NCBI GenBank assembly: GCA_950097015.1
Contig: CATNEN010000001.1
Coordinates: 22,692,001 to 22,756,000 of the forward strand
Direction of reading: 5' to 3'
Length of the DNA: 64,000 nt
Source of the DNA: Macrostomum hystrix
Taxonomy: Eukaryota; Animalia; Platyhelminthes
A model generated the notes under the pieces. That model worked only from the letters and a program-made list of their open reading frames with translations. It was not told the DNA's origin and did not search any database. Both the position numbers and the translations under genes were made by a program. Positions 26,476-38,859 of this stretch are shown here, one piece after another; positions within the stretch are counted from its first letter, which is position 1; the number at the start of each line of letters is the position of its first letter.

Positions 26476-29400
26476 ATGCCCAAGGCTTCTACAGCTTTGT
26501 CTTCATCATCAGCCGCATTGCACCTTCCGGACCTAACGGCCTGGCGTGGTGCTCGCATTCTGTTCTTTGATTCCAGCCAGTCTGCCTACCTGCCAGGTGT
26601 GATTGCTGGCTTCTCACCCGACCAGCTGGTGGCAACCATTGAGCCTGACGAGGTCACCAAGTCAACCAGGCCTGACACCAGCAATGGCGATGACTCATCG
26701 AACTCTGGCAGCCTGATTAATGTCCCCATAGGCTGTCTGATTGCTGACGCCGTTCCTCAGACTGCTCAACTGACCGAGTCCGCGCCAGTGTGCGTGTTGG
26801 CATCGGCAGTGTCTGCCTCGGCGGGCAGTTCCGGAGCCTACCTGCCTGGCAGGGTTCAGCGGGCAACCGCCGCTGGATCCTCCTCTGCTGCCGTTGAATC
26901 GTCCGCAGGTTCAACTCGAGTCACCATTCGCTTGGATGTACCGGACGGTTCGGCGGACGAAGCCTCCTCGCTGGTGTCGGCGCATCGGTCTCAGCTGCGG
27001 CTCATCCAGCCACCCTGGCAGGAGGAGCTCCTCGCCTGGAGTCTGGAGATGCGGCGCGCTGTGCTAGCGGCGACAGCCTTCAATAGCCGAAGTCAGGAGG
27101 CCGAAGCCGCAGGACCGGCAGACTCGCCTGTTGACGCAGCCAACGAAGTAGAAGAGGCCGATGTTGACATCGAAGATGACGAAAATGTCGATGTTGACGT
27201 GGAAATTGCCGACGAGGAGATTAATGAAGTTGAGACTGGGCAGGCTGACGCAGGGGACGAAGCGGACCCCGAAGAAGACTACGAGGAGGAAGGCGCTGAC
27301 GAGAAGTCCATGCCGAGCTTGGAGGAGGCCGTAGACACGCCGCTGCATCTGAGGGACTCGCTGATCTCTATGCCCCTGCCGCTGTCTATGCCTCTGCCGT
27401 CTGCTATGCGCAAGTCGCTGCCGCCGCCGCCACCGCTTCATCAGCAGCCACAGCCTTATCCACACCATCACCACCACCACCGCCATCATCTGCATGTGGC
27501 TGGCTCAGCTGGTAAGTCCCTCTGGCTCAACTGGCTCAATCTCAACTGGCCTTTCCTTTTCTTCAGTATTTTGTGCTGTTATAATATTAGCATTCCTCGT
27601 ATAGAAGTATCTTCTAGATAGCTTGTTATCGGCACTTTAACAGTCTTCCCTTAACATACGCTCCCTCGCCCTCTAGCCCCCTTATACTTCGTCTTACCTT
27701 TTCACCTTCCCGCCCCTTCCATTATAATTCTCCCTCTCACCCTCTTCCCTTATAATTCTCCCTCTCGTCCCCTTTCCTTATAATTCTCCCTCTCGCCTCC
27801 TTCCCTTATAATTCTCCCTCTCGCCCCTTTCCCTTATAATTCTCCCTCTCGCCTCCTTTCCCTATAATTATCCCTCTCGTCCCCTTTCCCTTATAATTCT
27901 CAATCTCGCCCCTTTCCCTTATAATTCTCCCTCTCGCCCCTTTCCATTATAATTCTCCCTCTCGTTCCCATTCCCTTATAATTCTCCCTCTCGCCCAATT
28001 CCCTTATAATTCTCCCTCTCGCCCAATTCCCTTATAATTCTCCCTCTCGCCCCATTCCCTTATAATTCTCCCTCTCGCCCCATTCCCTTATAATTCTCCC
28101 TCTCGCCCCATTCCCTTATAATTCTCCCTCTCGCCCCATTCCCTTATAATTCTCCCTCTTACCCCTTTCCCTTATAATTCTCCCTCTCGTCCCCTTCCCT
28201 TATAATTCTCCCTCTCGTCCCATTCCCTTATAATTCTCCCTCTCGTCCCATTCCCTTATAATTCTCCCTCTCGTCCCATTCCCTTATAATTCTCCCTCTC
28301 GTCCCATTCCCTTATAATTCTCCCTCTCGCCCCATTCCCTTATAATTCTCCCTCTCGTCCCATTCCCTTATAATTCTCCCTCTCGTCCCATTCCCTTATA
28401 ATTCTCCCTCTCGTCCCATTCCCTTATAATTCTCCCTCTCGCCCCATTCCCTTATAATTCTCCCTCTCGCCCCATTCCCTTATAATTCTCCCTCTCGTCC
28501 CCTTCCCCTATAATTCTCCCGCCCTCTTTCACCGCAACCCTGCAGACTCAGATCCAGCTCACGGTGGCAGCTCCGGAGCCATCGCAGCTGCCTCCAGCTC
28601 CAGTCAGTCTTCTTCAGTGGCAATGCTGCAGAACAAGTACAAAAAGGGCGACATTGTGCGGACGCCTAGCGGTGTGCGAAAGAAATTCAACGGCAAACAG
28701 TGGCGCCGGCTGTGCAGCGCTGACGGCTGCAACAAGGAGTCACAGAGGCGCGGCTACTGCTCCAGGCATCTGAGCCAGAAGGGCAAGGCTAGCAAGTGAG
28801 TGCTCTGTTCTAGCTTTCATTAACTACATGTGTTTTAGCATTCTCTCTTATCCAGTTTCTTCTAGATCTGTCTGAGTAACACTACTCAGCCTTATTTATT
28901 CGTTCTAACCCTAGCTGAACTTCATACAATGCTTTTAGTCCCAGTTTGTGTCTCAAAGTTGTAGATGTTTACACAGCTGGTTAAATCGTGCTCTAGTGCT
29001 AGCGTGCTGGTCATAGTGTTCACAATGCTATCTGCGAACTGACTCACTGTCTCTCTGTGCATGCCTGCATGTCGCATTCAGTTTTCGAGAATAGAATTTT
29101 AGATTGGCTTCACTTTCCTAATCATGAAGAGATCTGCTCTAAACGGTTTATTAGTCAAGTAATTTGTAAGCACTAATTGATTCCTTCACAGGTATCAGCG
29201 TCCCCTGGAGCCCTGGTTCCATCATCCGCATCTGCACCACCATCACCAGCAGCAGCAGCAGCAGCAGCAGCAGATCCGCTCCGGCGGTCCGGGCCACTCA
29301 GGACCCCACCCGGCCGGCTTTCCCGGACTCCTGCCGGGTCCGCACCACCCGCACGGCGGCTTCCCGCCTCCGCCGCCTGGCTTCCTGTCTGCCGCCGCTG

Positions 29401-31170
29401 CCGCCGCAGCAGCCGCCGTTTCTGAGGCTGCAATGCGTCATCACCAGCAGCAGCAGGCTCAGTATCGCCGGGGACATCAGCTGCCACCGGCTCCGCCGCA
29501 GCCGCCACCGTGCACCAGCCTGCTGCCCATCTTGGAGTTTGAGCTCATGTCAGGCTCGGACAATGACGACGACAACGAAGACCGCCGCGAAGACCACTCC
29601 GACGATGGCGACAGCAACAACAACAACAATGATGGAAGCGAGCAATTCGACGATGACGATGATCTGCTAGACGACGACGATTGTGGATTCAACGGCGACG
29701 GAGACGGGCCGCCATCGGCCCTGAAGCTGCTGCCCATTGTTCGGCGCAGCCAGGGAGGCGGGCGCGACAGCCTGGAGATGGCCTGGCTGAGCAGCGCTTG
29801 GTGGCTGCTCAACAGAGAGGTTTGTGCTTCCCGCTGTTGCCTCCGGTTCTGCTGTGCCTGTTGTGCTTGAGGCTGCAGTGCCTGTTGCGCCTGTGTTAAA
29901 GCCAGTGCCCCCTTAACTAATTTCAGCCCAGTGATCGCGTTCGCCGCCAGTCGGGTCAGTCAGCCAGCTCGTCTGACTCATCGCGTTCGCCTTGCGCTTC
30001 GCCAGCCGCAGCCCCCACCACAGCCACCGCTGCGAGTGCCTTCGATGCTACGGCCAGCTGGGAGTGTGAGTGCAGAGTGCCATCTGTCAGCATTGTGTTG
30101 GTCGAAGCTGAGCTGTATCACTAGGTTGATAGAAACGGAAACTCAATGCCATTGAATGTTCTGGTGAAGAATGGTGTCTGTGACAGCTAGTTAATGGATC
30201 ATGTGCCAGCTAGTTATCGATCATGTGACAGCTAGTTAATGGATCATGTGCCAGCTAGTTATCGATCGTGTGACAGCTAGTTATCGATCGTGTGACAGCT
30301 AGTTATAGATCGTGTGCCAGCTAGTTATCGATCGTGTGACAGCTAGTTATAGATCGTGTGACAGCTAGTTATCGATCATGTGACAGCTAGTTATAGATCG
30401 TGTGACAGCTAGTTATCGATCGTGTGACAGCTAGTTATCGATCATGTGACAGCTAGTTATCGATCATGTGACAGCTAGTTATCGATCGTGTGACAGCTAG
30501 TTATAGATCGTGTGCCAGCTAGTTATCGATCATTTGACAGCTAGTTATAGTTCGTGTGACAGCTAGTTATCGATCGTGTGACAGCTAGTTATCGATCATA
30601 TGACAGCTAGTTATCGATCATGTGACAGCTAGTTATAGATCGTGTGACAGCTAGTTATCGATCGTGTGACAGCTAGTTATCGATCACATGACAGCTAGTT
30701 ATTGATCATGTGACCGCTAGTTATCGATCGTGTGACAGCTAGTTATCGATCACATGACAGCTAGTTATCGATCATGTGACAGCTAGTTATAGATCGTGTG
30801 CCAGCTAGTTATCGATCATTTGACAGCTAGTTATAGTTCGTGTGACAGCTAGTTATCGATCGTGTGACAGCTAGTTATCGATCGTGTGACAGCTAGTTAT
30901 CGATCGTGTGACAGCTAGTTATCGATCGTGTGACAGCTAGTTATCGATCGTGTGACAGCTAGTTATCGATCATTTGACAGCTAGTTATCGATCGTGTGAC
31001 AGCTAGTTATCGATCGTGTGACAGCTAGTTATCGATCGTGTGACTCTCAGTTATAATTAACAATCGTCCATTGTGAGGCAACCCGCATTAACATTGCAGA
31101 CGACTGTTGCTCGGAGCCTCCCAATGGCCAGCAGAAGGCCCTGCCGTTGTGCCCTGTGAAGCTGAACTAA
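26476..31170 (+). CDS. CIC: Capicua-L N-terminal-module protein (Tudor-like/DUF4819 + N1), apparently lacking the HMG box and C1. Exons: 26476-27511, 28546-28795, 29192-29819, then tentatively 29927-30065 and 31100-31170
   Basis: [46 protein letters not shown] is the CIC-L N1 signature. LIADAVP...VCV and [12 protein letters not shown] match the Tudor-like region. The first three exons splice in frame; the last two are less certain. Confidence 0.8.
27700..28520. repeat. Intronic minisatellite, ~28-29 bp (TTCCCTTATAATTCTCCCTCTCG[C/T]CCCA)
   Basis: Tandem array in intron 1 of the CIC-like gene. Confidence 0.95.
30180..31045. repeat. Minisatellite, 22 bp unit (TGACAGCTAGTTATCGATCGTG)
   Basis: About 39 tandem copies with no spacers. 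Confidence 0.96.
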
Positions 31171-32162
31171 TTGTTTTATCGCTCTGCTGAATTTGCTAGT
31201 CATAGTTTTCAATTGTTTAGTTTTACTTTTTCTTGCAATTTGATGGGAGCAACATTTTTCTAAACATTTTCTTTTGAACATGTGGCATTGCTTATGCATG
31301 TGTTGTGTCTCCTGCATAAGACCTGTGTTTTATTGTCGTCTAGTTTGTTTCGTTTCTAATTTAAAAATATTTACAATTTTTACGCAATTGATTACAATTC
31401 GAGTTGATTTTTTCATTTTTCCGCTTCACTTTCTCGCACTTTTATTTATTTTATTGATTTTCTAATAGTGCACTTGGACACCCTCAGTTACAATTTCGAT
31501 CAGTTTGGTTTGCATGTCTGTCTTATAATTTAATTGTTCAATCAATTGTCTGTTTTAGTGCAGCTTTTGCTCGCAATATCCGTGCAGTTAGTTCATGGTC
31601 AGGTGATCAACTTGTTAGCTAATGATTTATTACTCTTATTCAATCTGCAATCCGTGTACAGACTTACCTCACAAATTCATGCTTTGGCGGACCAGTCGTG
31701 TTTTGTCAGTTTAGCAATGCGATTTTTCCTTCTATTTGTTCCGTTTTTTACAAATTTTCGAATTAACTTTTCCCATTTTTTTTATTTGGACAATCGCTGT
31801 TCCAAGCAATGGTTTCTGTTGCTATGCCAGTTGTTTATTGCGAATTAAACACACATCCACACACCTTGATATTATTGCACCACTTATTCGCGCAAGCCTA
31901 ATTTCGACTGTTTTTTAAGACTCTTTTTTCTTTCATTTCGGAGGGGAAAATAATGAATAGTAACTTGTACTTGTATATGCTCTTGACTGTGCCGCTGACA
32001 ACCTTGTGAAAATCAGTGACGGCTTTGATACCAAAATGACAAAGTAGAAAAACTCTCCAGCAACAGTTTAGTATAATTAGTGGCTAAATTGCGTAGTTTT
32101 GTGTGTATTTACAGCTAAGGACCAGTGCGTTTATCAGTCTTAACTATCGGTGTGTCTTTAGT

Positions 32163-32774
32163 CAGGGGTCGGCAAACTTATTAGCTAGCGGGCCGCATTT
32201 ACTGTAGAGATATGATATTCAGGAGAGATTAGATAGAGAATAGATGACAGGGGGAGATGAGACAGCGGAGGGATAAGACACGAGATAGATAGACAGGGGA
32301 GGGATAAGACACGGGATAGATGAGACAGCGGAGGGATAAGACACGGGATAGATGAGACAGCGGAGGGATAAGACATGGGATAGATGAGACAGCCACAGGG
32401 GAGGGATAAGACACGGGATAGATGAGACAGCGGAGGGATACGGGATAGATGAGACAGCGGAGGGATAAGACACGGGATAGATAAGACAGCGGAGGGATAA
32501 GACACGGGATAGATGAGACAGGGGAGGGATAAGACACGGGATAGATGAGACAGCGGAGGGATAAGACACGGGATAGATGAGACAGCGGAGGGATAAGACA
32601 CGGGAGAGATGAGACAGGGGAGGGATAAGACACGGGATAGATGAGACAGCGGAGGGATAAGACACGAGAGAGATGAAACAGGGTACTGCAGGTGTCGGAA
32701 GGGGCAACGGGCCGGATTTGGAAGCTTCAAGGACCGCATCATCTGGCCCGCGGGCCGGAGTTTGCCGACCTCTG
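32163..32774. mobile_element. hAT/Charlie-like MITE carrying an internal 32 bp minisatellite
   Basis: Ends CAGGGGTCGGCAAACT ... AGTTTGCCGACCTCTG with subterminal GCGGGCCG motifs, typical of Charlie-group hAT MITEs. No intact TSD. Confidence 0.75.
32250..32680. repeat. 32 bp minisatellite (GAGACAGCGGAGGGATAAGACACGGGATAGAT)
   Basis: About 13 tandem copies. Confidence 0.93.
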
Positions 32775-33261
32775 AGTTAAGCGAATATAATAGACAACTG
32801 GTCTGTGAGAGCTTAGCAAAATGCATTCAGAGAATATATATATATTAGATATTGTGTACATAATCGGCATAACTGGGTAGAAGATAAGCAGATTTTACTT
32901 GAACCTATGGACTGCACTTGACATTGGTGGGGCCAAACAGTTGGCTCTTGAGTAGCCCACATCCCCTTAGTCGTGCCAGGATTTGAAATTTATCGATTGA
33001 TTCTTGGCATGGAAAAAGTCTCGACCGCCGTGTGTGTGTCCGGGGTGCAGCTCAATGCTTCCGTTCTTTCCATTTCCATTCCTGAACCGATAGTCAAATA
33101 TTTCTGAAGAGAGAAATCGCAGTTGAACTCACAGCTTTGGAAAAATGCATAATTTTCTCTGGTTATAGGAATGTTTCTGGCTGTCAATACAAGTCAATTC
33201 AAGTCTGGTTTAAAAAATTGACCACAGAATGAAACCTGACAATTTCTCATAGCGTTTCGAC

Positions 33262-34410
33262 TCAGACTTCCGCCCTGATCAGTACGAACAGCGGGTGCAG
33301 AAACAGCTTGAGATTCGAGTAACTCAACGAGTTCAGTCCATCTGTGCTCATGGTTTGCCGCACATTGTGGGTGTAGGGCCACGGCATGGTGTTGGTGACA
33401 ATGTCGTTGCCATGCCGAAGGTTGATGTACCTTGCATCAGGGCCAGCATTATACCTCAGTCCGTAGCCAGAGATGCTCAGCCTGGCCGCCAGCTCGTCAT
33501 CTTCCCGGCCCCATCCGTAATAGCGGTTCGAGTTGCCGTTAGCCTTCAGGAAAGCGTCCTTAGCGACGGCCGAAACTCCGCCGAAGAAGTTGTGATAGAG
33601 CCTGCCCTTGTAGTACTTGGCATTGTCCTGTGTGCGCATCTCAGAGATCAGCAGCTTCGGCGAGTTGCTGCAGTCATAAATGTTGGCCACATTCTCTGGC
33701 ACCTTGTCCGAGTCGTGAAACACGAAGCAGTCAAACTTGTAAAATTGTTGCGAAATTTGGAAGCCGATGTTCAGCAGCTTGGCCCGGTTGAACAGTCGCG
33801 AGTCCGCCTGCTCAACAATGAAGAGGCCGAACAGGATGTTCTGCCTGCTCAGCAGTCGATGAATATAGGGTACGAATATGTCCAGGTTCTCGCTGCGATT
33901 TCTGTACGGCACAATCACCGCCGTGTGCGACAGAGGCGGCCAGCAGCTCCTGGGCGCAAAGAAGCCGCCTTCAACGGTGCCAGGCGCAGCACCTTCGGCC
34001 GTCCAGTCTTTGAAGAGATAAGAAAGCATAGACTGCGACTGCGGCCGCTGACAAGCTTTGGAGCCATTGGAAGCAGCGGCGGCGAAGCTGACTGGTCGCG
34101 CTATGGGCTTCAAAGCGCTGAACAGCTTCGGGTAGCGCATGTTGGCGACCAGTCTAAGCTGCTGTTTTGAACTGTTCGATGCTTTCTTGGGCGCCATGAT
34201 AGCGGCGGAGTAGTTTGAAGCAGTCGGTTGACTCAAATTCCCTGCCTGCAGCTGCTCAGTTGGGGAGCTGGAAAATATCCGATGAAAGTAGGGCCGCCTT
34301 TCGCTAGTGACAATCAGCGCCCTGACTAGCAGCACAATGAGACAGGCGACAACAGCAGCTCCTAGCAGTTTCAGGCCTTTTCGAGTTTCAAGCATATTCT
34401 CTATGCTCAA
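33262..34410 (-). CDS. GT7 family beta-1,4-galactosyl/N-acetylgalactosaminyltransferase (B4GALT/bre-4-like), single coding exon
   Basis: N-terminal type II TM anchor; motifs AVIVPYRNR, FNRAKLLNIGF, CFVFHDSD (DxD), FFGGVSA, NG.SNRYYGWGREDD. Confidence 0.92.
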   Translation of the reverse strand: MSIENMLETRKGLKLLGAAVVACLIVLLVRALIVTSERRPYFHRIFSSSPTEQLQAGNLSQPTASNYSAAIMAPKKASNSSKQQLRLVANMRYPKLFSALKPIARPVSFAAAASNGSKACQRPQSQSMLSYLFKDWTAEGAAPGTVEGGFFAPRSCWPPLSHTAVIVPYRNRSENLDIFVPYIHRLLSRQNILFGLFIVEQADSRLFNRAKLLNIGFQISQQFYKFDCFVFHDSDKVPENVANIYDCSNSPKLLISEMRTQDNAKYYKGRLYHNFFGGVSAVAKDAFLKANGNSNRYYGWGREDDELAARLSISGYGLRYNAGPDARYINLRHGNDIVTNTMPWPYTHNVRQTMSTDGLNSLSYSNLKLFLHPLFVLIRAEV

Positions 34411-35273
34411 GCAGAGGTTTGAGGAAATCTTTAATTCAGAGAGTTGCAGAGACGATAGCTATAGAAATCTTGGCTGCTGTAGGCTGCGTGTGCATGAGCT
34501 GTTGGCACAGACAGGAGCACAATGCTTTACTTTCTCGTGTCTGTGCGACCCCCCTCTCAGGCAGGCCGGCAAGAAAAGAGATCTCTCGACTGTGGCGCAC
34601 GAATTTTAGACGTTGAGCGCAACCTCATGAACTTAGCGAATCAGAGACCAAGCTGGGACTCATTGTCCATTCACTAATTTTTTTCACCGTCCTTTCATAG
34701 ATTCACTCCGCCTCTCTCTGGCCATATCCCCAGCTGTGACCTCTGGCTATATACTTCTTTGAAGCAGTTCAACTTGCTTTAACAGGCATTAAATTGTCTT
34801 CCTGCCCGTCTGTTTATCCAGAAATATTAGTTTGGCTGTTCTGCGTTAGATACACTCGGAAAATTAGCCTGAAATTCACTCTGGACGTGACCATGAGCCG
34901 CCCGTGCCCATATTATCTCAGCCTTCGATCGAGTAAATATTTAGCGCGGCTCAAGATTATAGAATGCTAAAAAGGAAATTGAAATGCATTATACAAGCTC
35001 GAGTATGACTTCTTTAGTTTAACACTGCTATTCGAAATCTGCGAAATTAGAAAATCCTGAATCGGAACCATAATTTCAAGTCTCTACTTTTGTCACCTGG
35101 TCTGAAAAAATTGTAAAATTGAAAAAATTTAATAAGCTTTGTAAAGTCTGTGATATTTCTTAACTGAATTTTTAAATTGTGTAATTCTCGGAGACTGCAT
35201 TTTGTGACATTAAAAAACGCCTTATTGGACTGAGTGTCTATATGAGAACAGTGCCTGAATAACCGCTCGTGCC

Positions 35274-35585
35274 GGGGGTCAGCGGTTAATGCGTTTGCAT
35301 CTCCCACCAAGGTTCCTGAGCTCGATTCCGCGGCGAAGCCACATTCGTTTGGGGCGCAGCCGCTGAGAGAAGGCTTGGGGGCTTGACGTGCAATTTACGA
35401 CCTTGAGGGCCAACCTCCAAGGCACAGTGAGAGTGTACACACCTGTGTGAGCGTGTGCCTGCGAACGGTATCAGTGTGCGTGTGTGCTCATGAGTCAGCG
35501 AAATGGGCAGAATTGCCTACTGGCTGCGGGTCTGATGTCAGCAAATCATGCGCCATTGCCTGCAGCCCTCCTGTAATAATTATTA
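35274..35585 (+). mobile_element. SINE family A, near full-length copy
   Basis: tRNA-like head with GCTCGATTCC, shared body, TAATAATTAT tail. Confidence 0.8.
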
Positions 35586-35963
35586 CTTAATAACTCGTGT
35601 CGAGTCCGAAATAATAAACCAATAAGATTTCAGTTTAACGCTCAGGGACTCAGTCTCAAAACTCCGAAAAACGCTACCGCACATACGCATTCATTCACAG
35701 TTTATGAAATGCAGGCCAATAAGACGGTAATTAAACAGAAGTTTGGTAAAAACTAGCGTCTAGCTCGATTATGCTCAGTGCGAATACGTGCAGCGTCAAA
35801 TTTTGAGGCGACAGTTAGAAATGTCAATGGCTCCTTCCGACGACGTAGTATCGCTTCATCACGACTCTGTACTGCCGAGCTTTTTCGCTTCCTTGTCGGC
35901 ATCATCAACACTTTATCATCAATCTCGATTCTTGATTATCATGATTTAACTAACGAGGCACTA

Positions 35964-36871
35964 TTGGTTCTGTCAGCCTAACTGAGAATAAAGCCACCCA
36001 AAATGAGAATCCTGCCTACGCTGACTGCGAAGGGCCTGGCTGCGTGCAGCCTTAGTCTATGGGCCATAGACAATAAAAGACAAGCAAAGTGATAAAAAAC
36101 CATCCAATGTGAGAATCGATCGCTCTTTCTCTTTCCCCCAGCTCTCTCCACTCCTCCATCACTGCTTCTCCATCACCCACAGTCTCGTTGCTTTCTAGCC
36201 TATTTATCCAACACTTAGAATTAACAGAGTTCAGTCTTCACCACTGCAATAAAAATGCCCGCCTCATCTGTGGACCGCCAGCGACTCATCGCGGCCATTG
36301 AAAATGGAAGCTCACTAAGGGAGAATTTACACCCTTCCTCAACCCATCGGAACTGGCCAACAGTGCGCTGAAGGCACGGATCAAAAGCCGCCTGGCAGAC
36401 GCTTGACGCCTGGACTAGTCAACGAGGAGGCCGTTGCTCCAGATGGCGTCAACAAAGAGGAGTGGCGATTCATGCTGTTAGAGAGCGAGGCGCGCGAAGC
36501 GATTGACGACACAGTCACTGCTGGGAAGGCTGCCGCGTGGGACTTGCATTGCAGACGACTCTTTGGGCAGTGCATTGATGGACGGCTATTTTAACTCTTT
36601 ACTTTACTGTACTGTATCATCCAGCCTGTTCCTGTTTCCGTTATTCCGTTCAAGCTATTGGCTAGTCATATGGCTCAGAAGGTATAAAAATAAAAGAATA
36701 CGACGCATAGACCAATCGATTCTCACATTGGATGACTTTTTATCACTTTGCTTGTCCTTTATTGTCTATGGCCCATAGACTAAGGCTGCACGCAGCCAGG
36801 CCCTTCGCAGTCAGCGTAGGCAGGATTCTCATTTTGGGTGGCTTTATTCTCAGTTAGGCTGACAAAAGCAA
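35964..36871 (+). mobile_element. Internally deleted Tc1/IS630-like DNA transposon with ~155 bp TIRs
   Basis: 35964-36120 is inverted at 36715-36871 and flanked by TA on both sides. The interior encodes MPASSVDRQRLIAAIENGSSLRE (HTH-like start) joined to PFLNPSELANSALKARIK (resembling the P.LNPIE..K motif of DDE transposases). Confidence 0.75.
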
Positions 36872-38859
36872 TACTACAGCAACATACCCCAATTTTTAGT
36901 TTATGGCCATAGACGAAGCTCTGACTGCGAGAAGAATACACTAAAGAGATAAGACGGAGGACGGAGGAGATGCGAACTATGCATACATACATACATAGAA
37001 AAAAGACAGGTTTTTTCCGATTTATAAGAACAGCAAATTGAAATTGATAATTTTAAGCCGATGGTCGTTGGAAAAATTTGGCATCATTTGGTGTTGGTCT
37101 CTCATCCCAGTTCGCAACCGTCTAGGAGGAGGTTCGTTACAAACCCGTCCCGCCTGCCCGTCGATGACGTCAGCTTCAGTATTATTAGGATTAACTAAAG
37201 TAAGAATCACTTATAAAATTTAAAACACCTTATTATCTCAGTAAATTAACATTATTGATAAATAATGTAAGCCCAGTATTAATTAGTGACGAGTTTAATG
37301 GAACAAATAGCTAGGTAGAGGAATAGTTACAAATTTGTTTTTTCAGCGGTGAAAAAGCAGATAATTAGTAAATACGGCTTGTGCAATATTCGTAATTTGC
37401 AAGAAAGCAAGAAAAAATTGCTTGCTGAAAAAATATTTAGAAGCTAAATTTGGGTTTTTCAAATTAAATTAGTTTAAATCAAGATAGTTTATCGAAACCA
37501 GAAATTATGGTTAAAATAACTTTGTCTCGTTGATTCCAAACTTTAAGCATCATTCTTACTTTTGCCCACAGAAATTAGATGCAAACAGTATGAATATGAA
37601 GCCGAAAATCAACTGTGAGTTTTGAAAATCAAATTACAACGCGTTTCGCACTCCTAGGTGCATCTTCAGGTTTATTTTGTCAACAGAATGAAATTAAACA
37701 GGTTTTGCGAACTGGTTTAAAGACTATGTTTCAATATTTTTTTATTTATCACTATTTGTAATTTATTGCAAACCATTCTTGGGCTTCTGCATATACGTTT
37801 ATTTCGCCCAGCACAATTTATATTGATTTAAATAGACTGGTCGTTAGCAGCGCTGAGAGTGACCTCGTCGTCTCATAGCCTATAATTTTCAAAGCTCAAT
37901 TGACGGCCTACTTCGTTTTTGAATAGTTGAAAGCTAGCTCACAAACAATAAGTATGTGGAGTTGGGTGTAGAATAACAAAAAAATCAACAAATCAATATT
38001 GGAAACACACGAGTTAGTCCGTAAGGCAGTGTGAAGTCCGGGGGGCAGAAAGAATGTACACACAGTACTCTCTCACATCAAAAGACACGTAGTAGATTAA
38101 CCGCGCCACTATGTTGGAGTTGAGTGTTCAGGCTGGGTGGCTGGGTTAGGTAGGCTTTCTGCCCCCCCGGACTTTGTACATGTCTGGTCGCGTGGCCGCC
38201 TCCCCCCCCCGTGGTGTCGGCTCAGCCCTGCAGCTATTTTACTGTTGCGCGCTGTGGCTTTTACTGGTTTAAACCTTTTGGGCCATTGTGCTGCTGTTTG
38301 TACTCGTACAAAAAAGAAGGAATTTCATTGAGATTGCCACGAGAGTCACCGTTCAGAGTAAGAAGAATTTTTTCTCCCTGACCGGGATACTACCATTTGT
38401 CGTTGGCCAGATTGTACACATTTTGACGCGTTAGACCGCTCTGCCACTGACCCCTAGCCAGTTTTCGCCTGCTACAGCCTCATTTGTTAGGCAAGCAGGA
38501 ATGAACGAGCAGGAAGCCCAGGCTGAGTCACGTTGATCGTTGCCTTCTCTAGCCGTCTCTTCCATTATACGCAGCTCCCGATTTAGACATAGCTCAGATA
38601 ATCAGAGCAGAAAAAGCAAGTACCCATCGTCGAGATTTTTTTAACAACAAAAAATTGCTACCTCTACACTCAAGTGACCTAGTGAGCATTCTTTATAGCT
38701 ATATTCTCTGTATAACAAACACGAAACTGCTCGCCGAAACCTATACTCACACAGATTGCTCAAAAGTGCGATAAGAAACAAGCATTGCACACAGATTGTT
38801 TCTGCACTGAAAGGCGACTGTGCCAACGAAAGGGATTCGCTGTGTTTATAGGCTAAGCC

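Noticed and set aside
30180-31045. Palindromic 20-32 bp repeat arrays (here and at 1619, 49030, 61590) as CRISPR arrays
   Set aside because: Units are contiguous with no unique spacers, there are no cas genes, and the context is eukaryotic.
33295-34170. 291 aa plus-strand ORF
   Set aside because: Antisense shadow of the GC-rich GT7 gene with no motifs; the same applies to ORFs antisense to the myosin, ankyrin and caspase exons.
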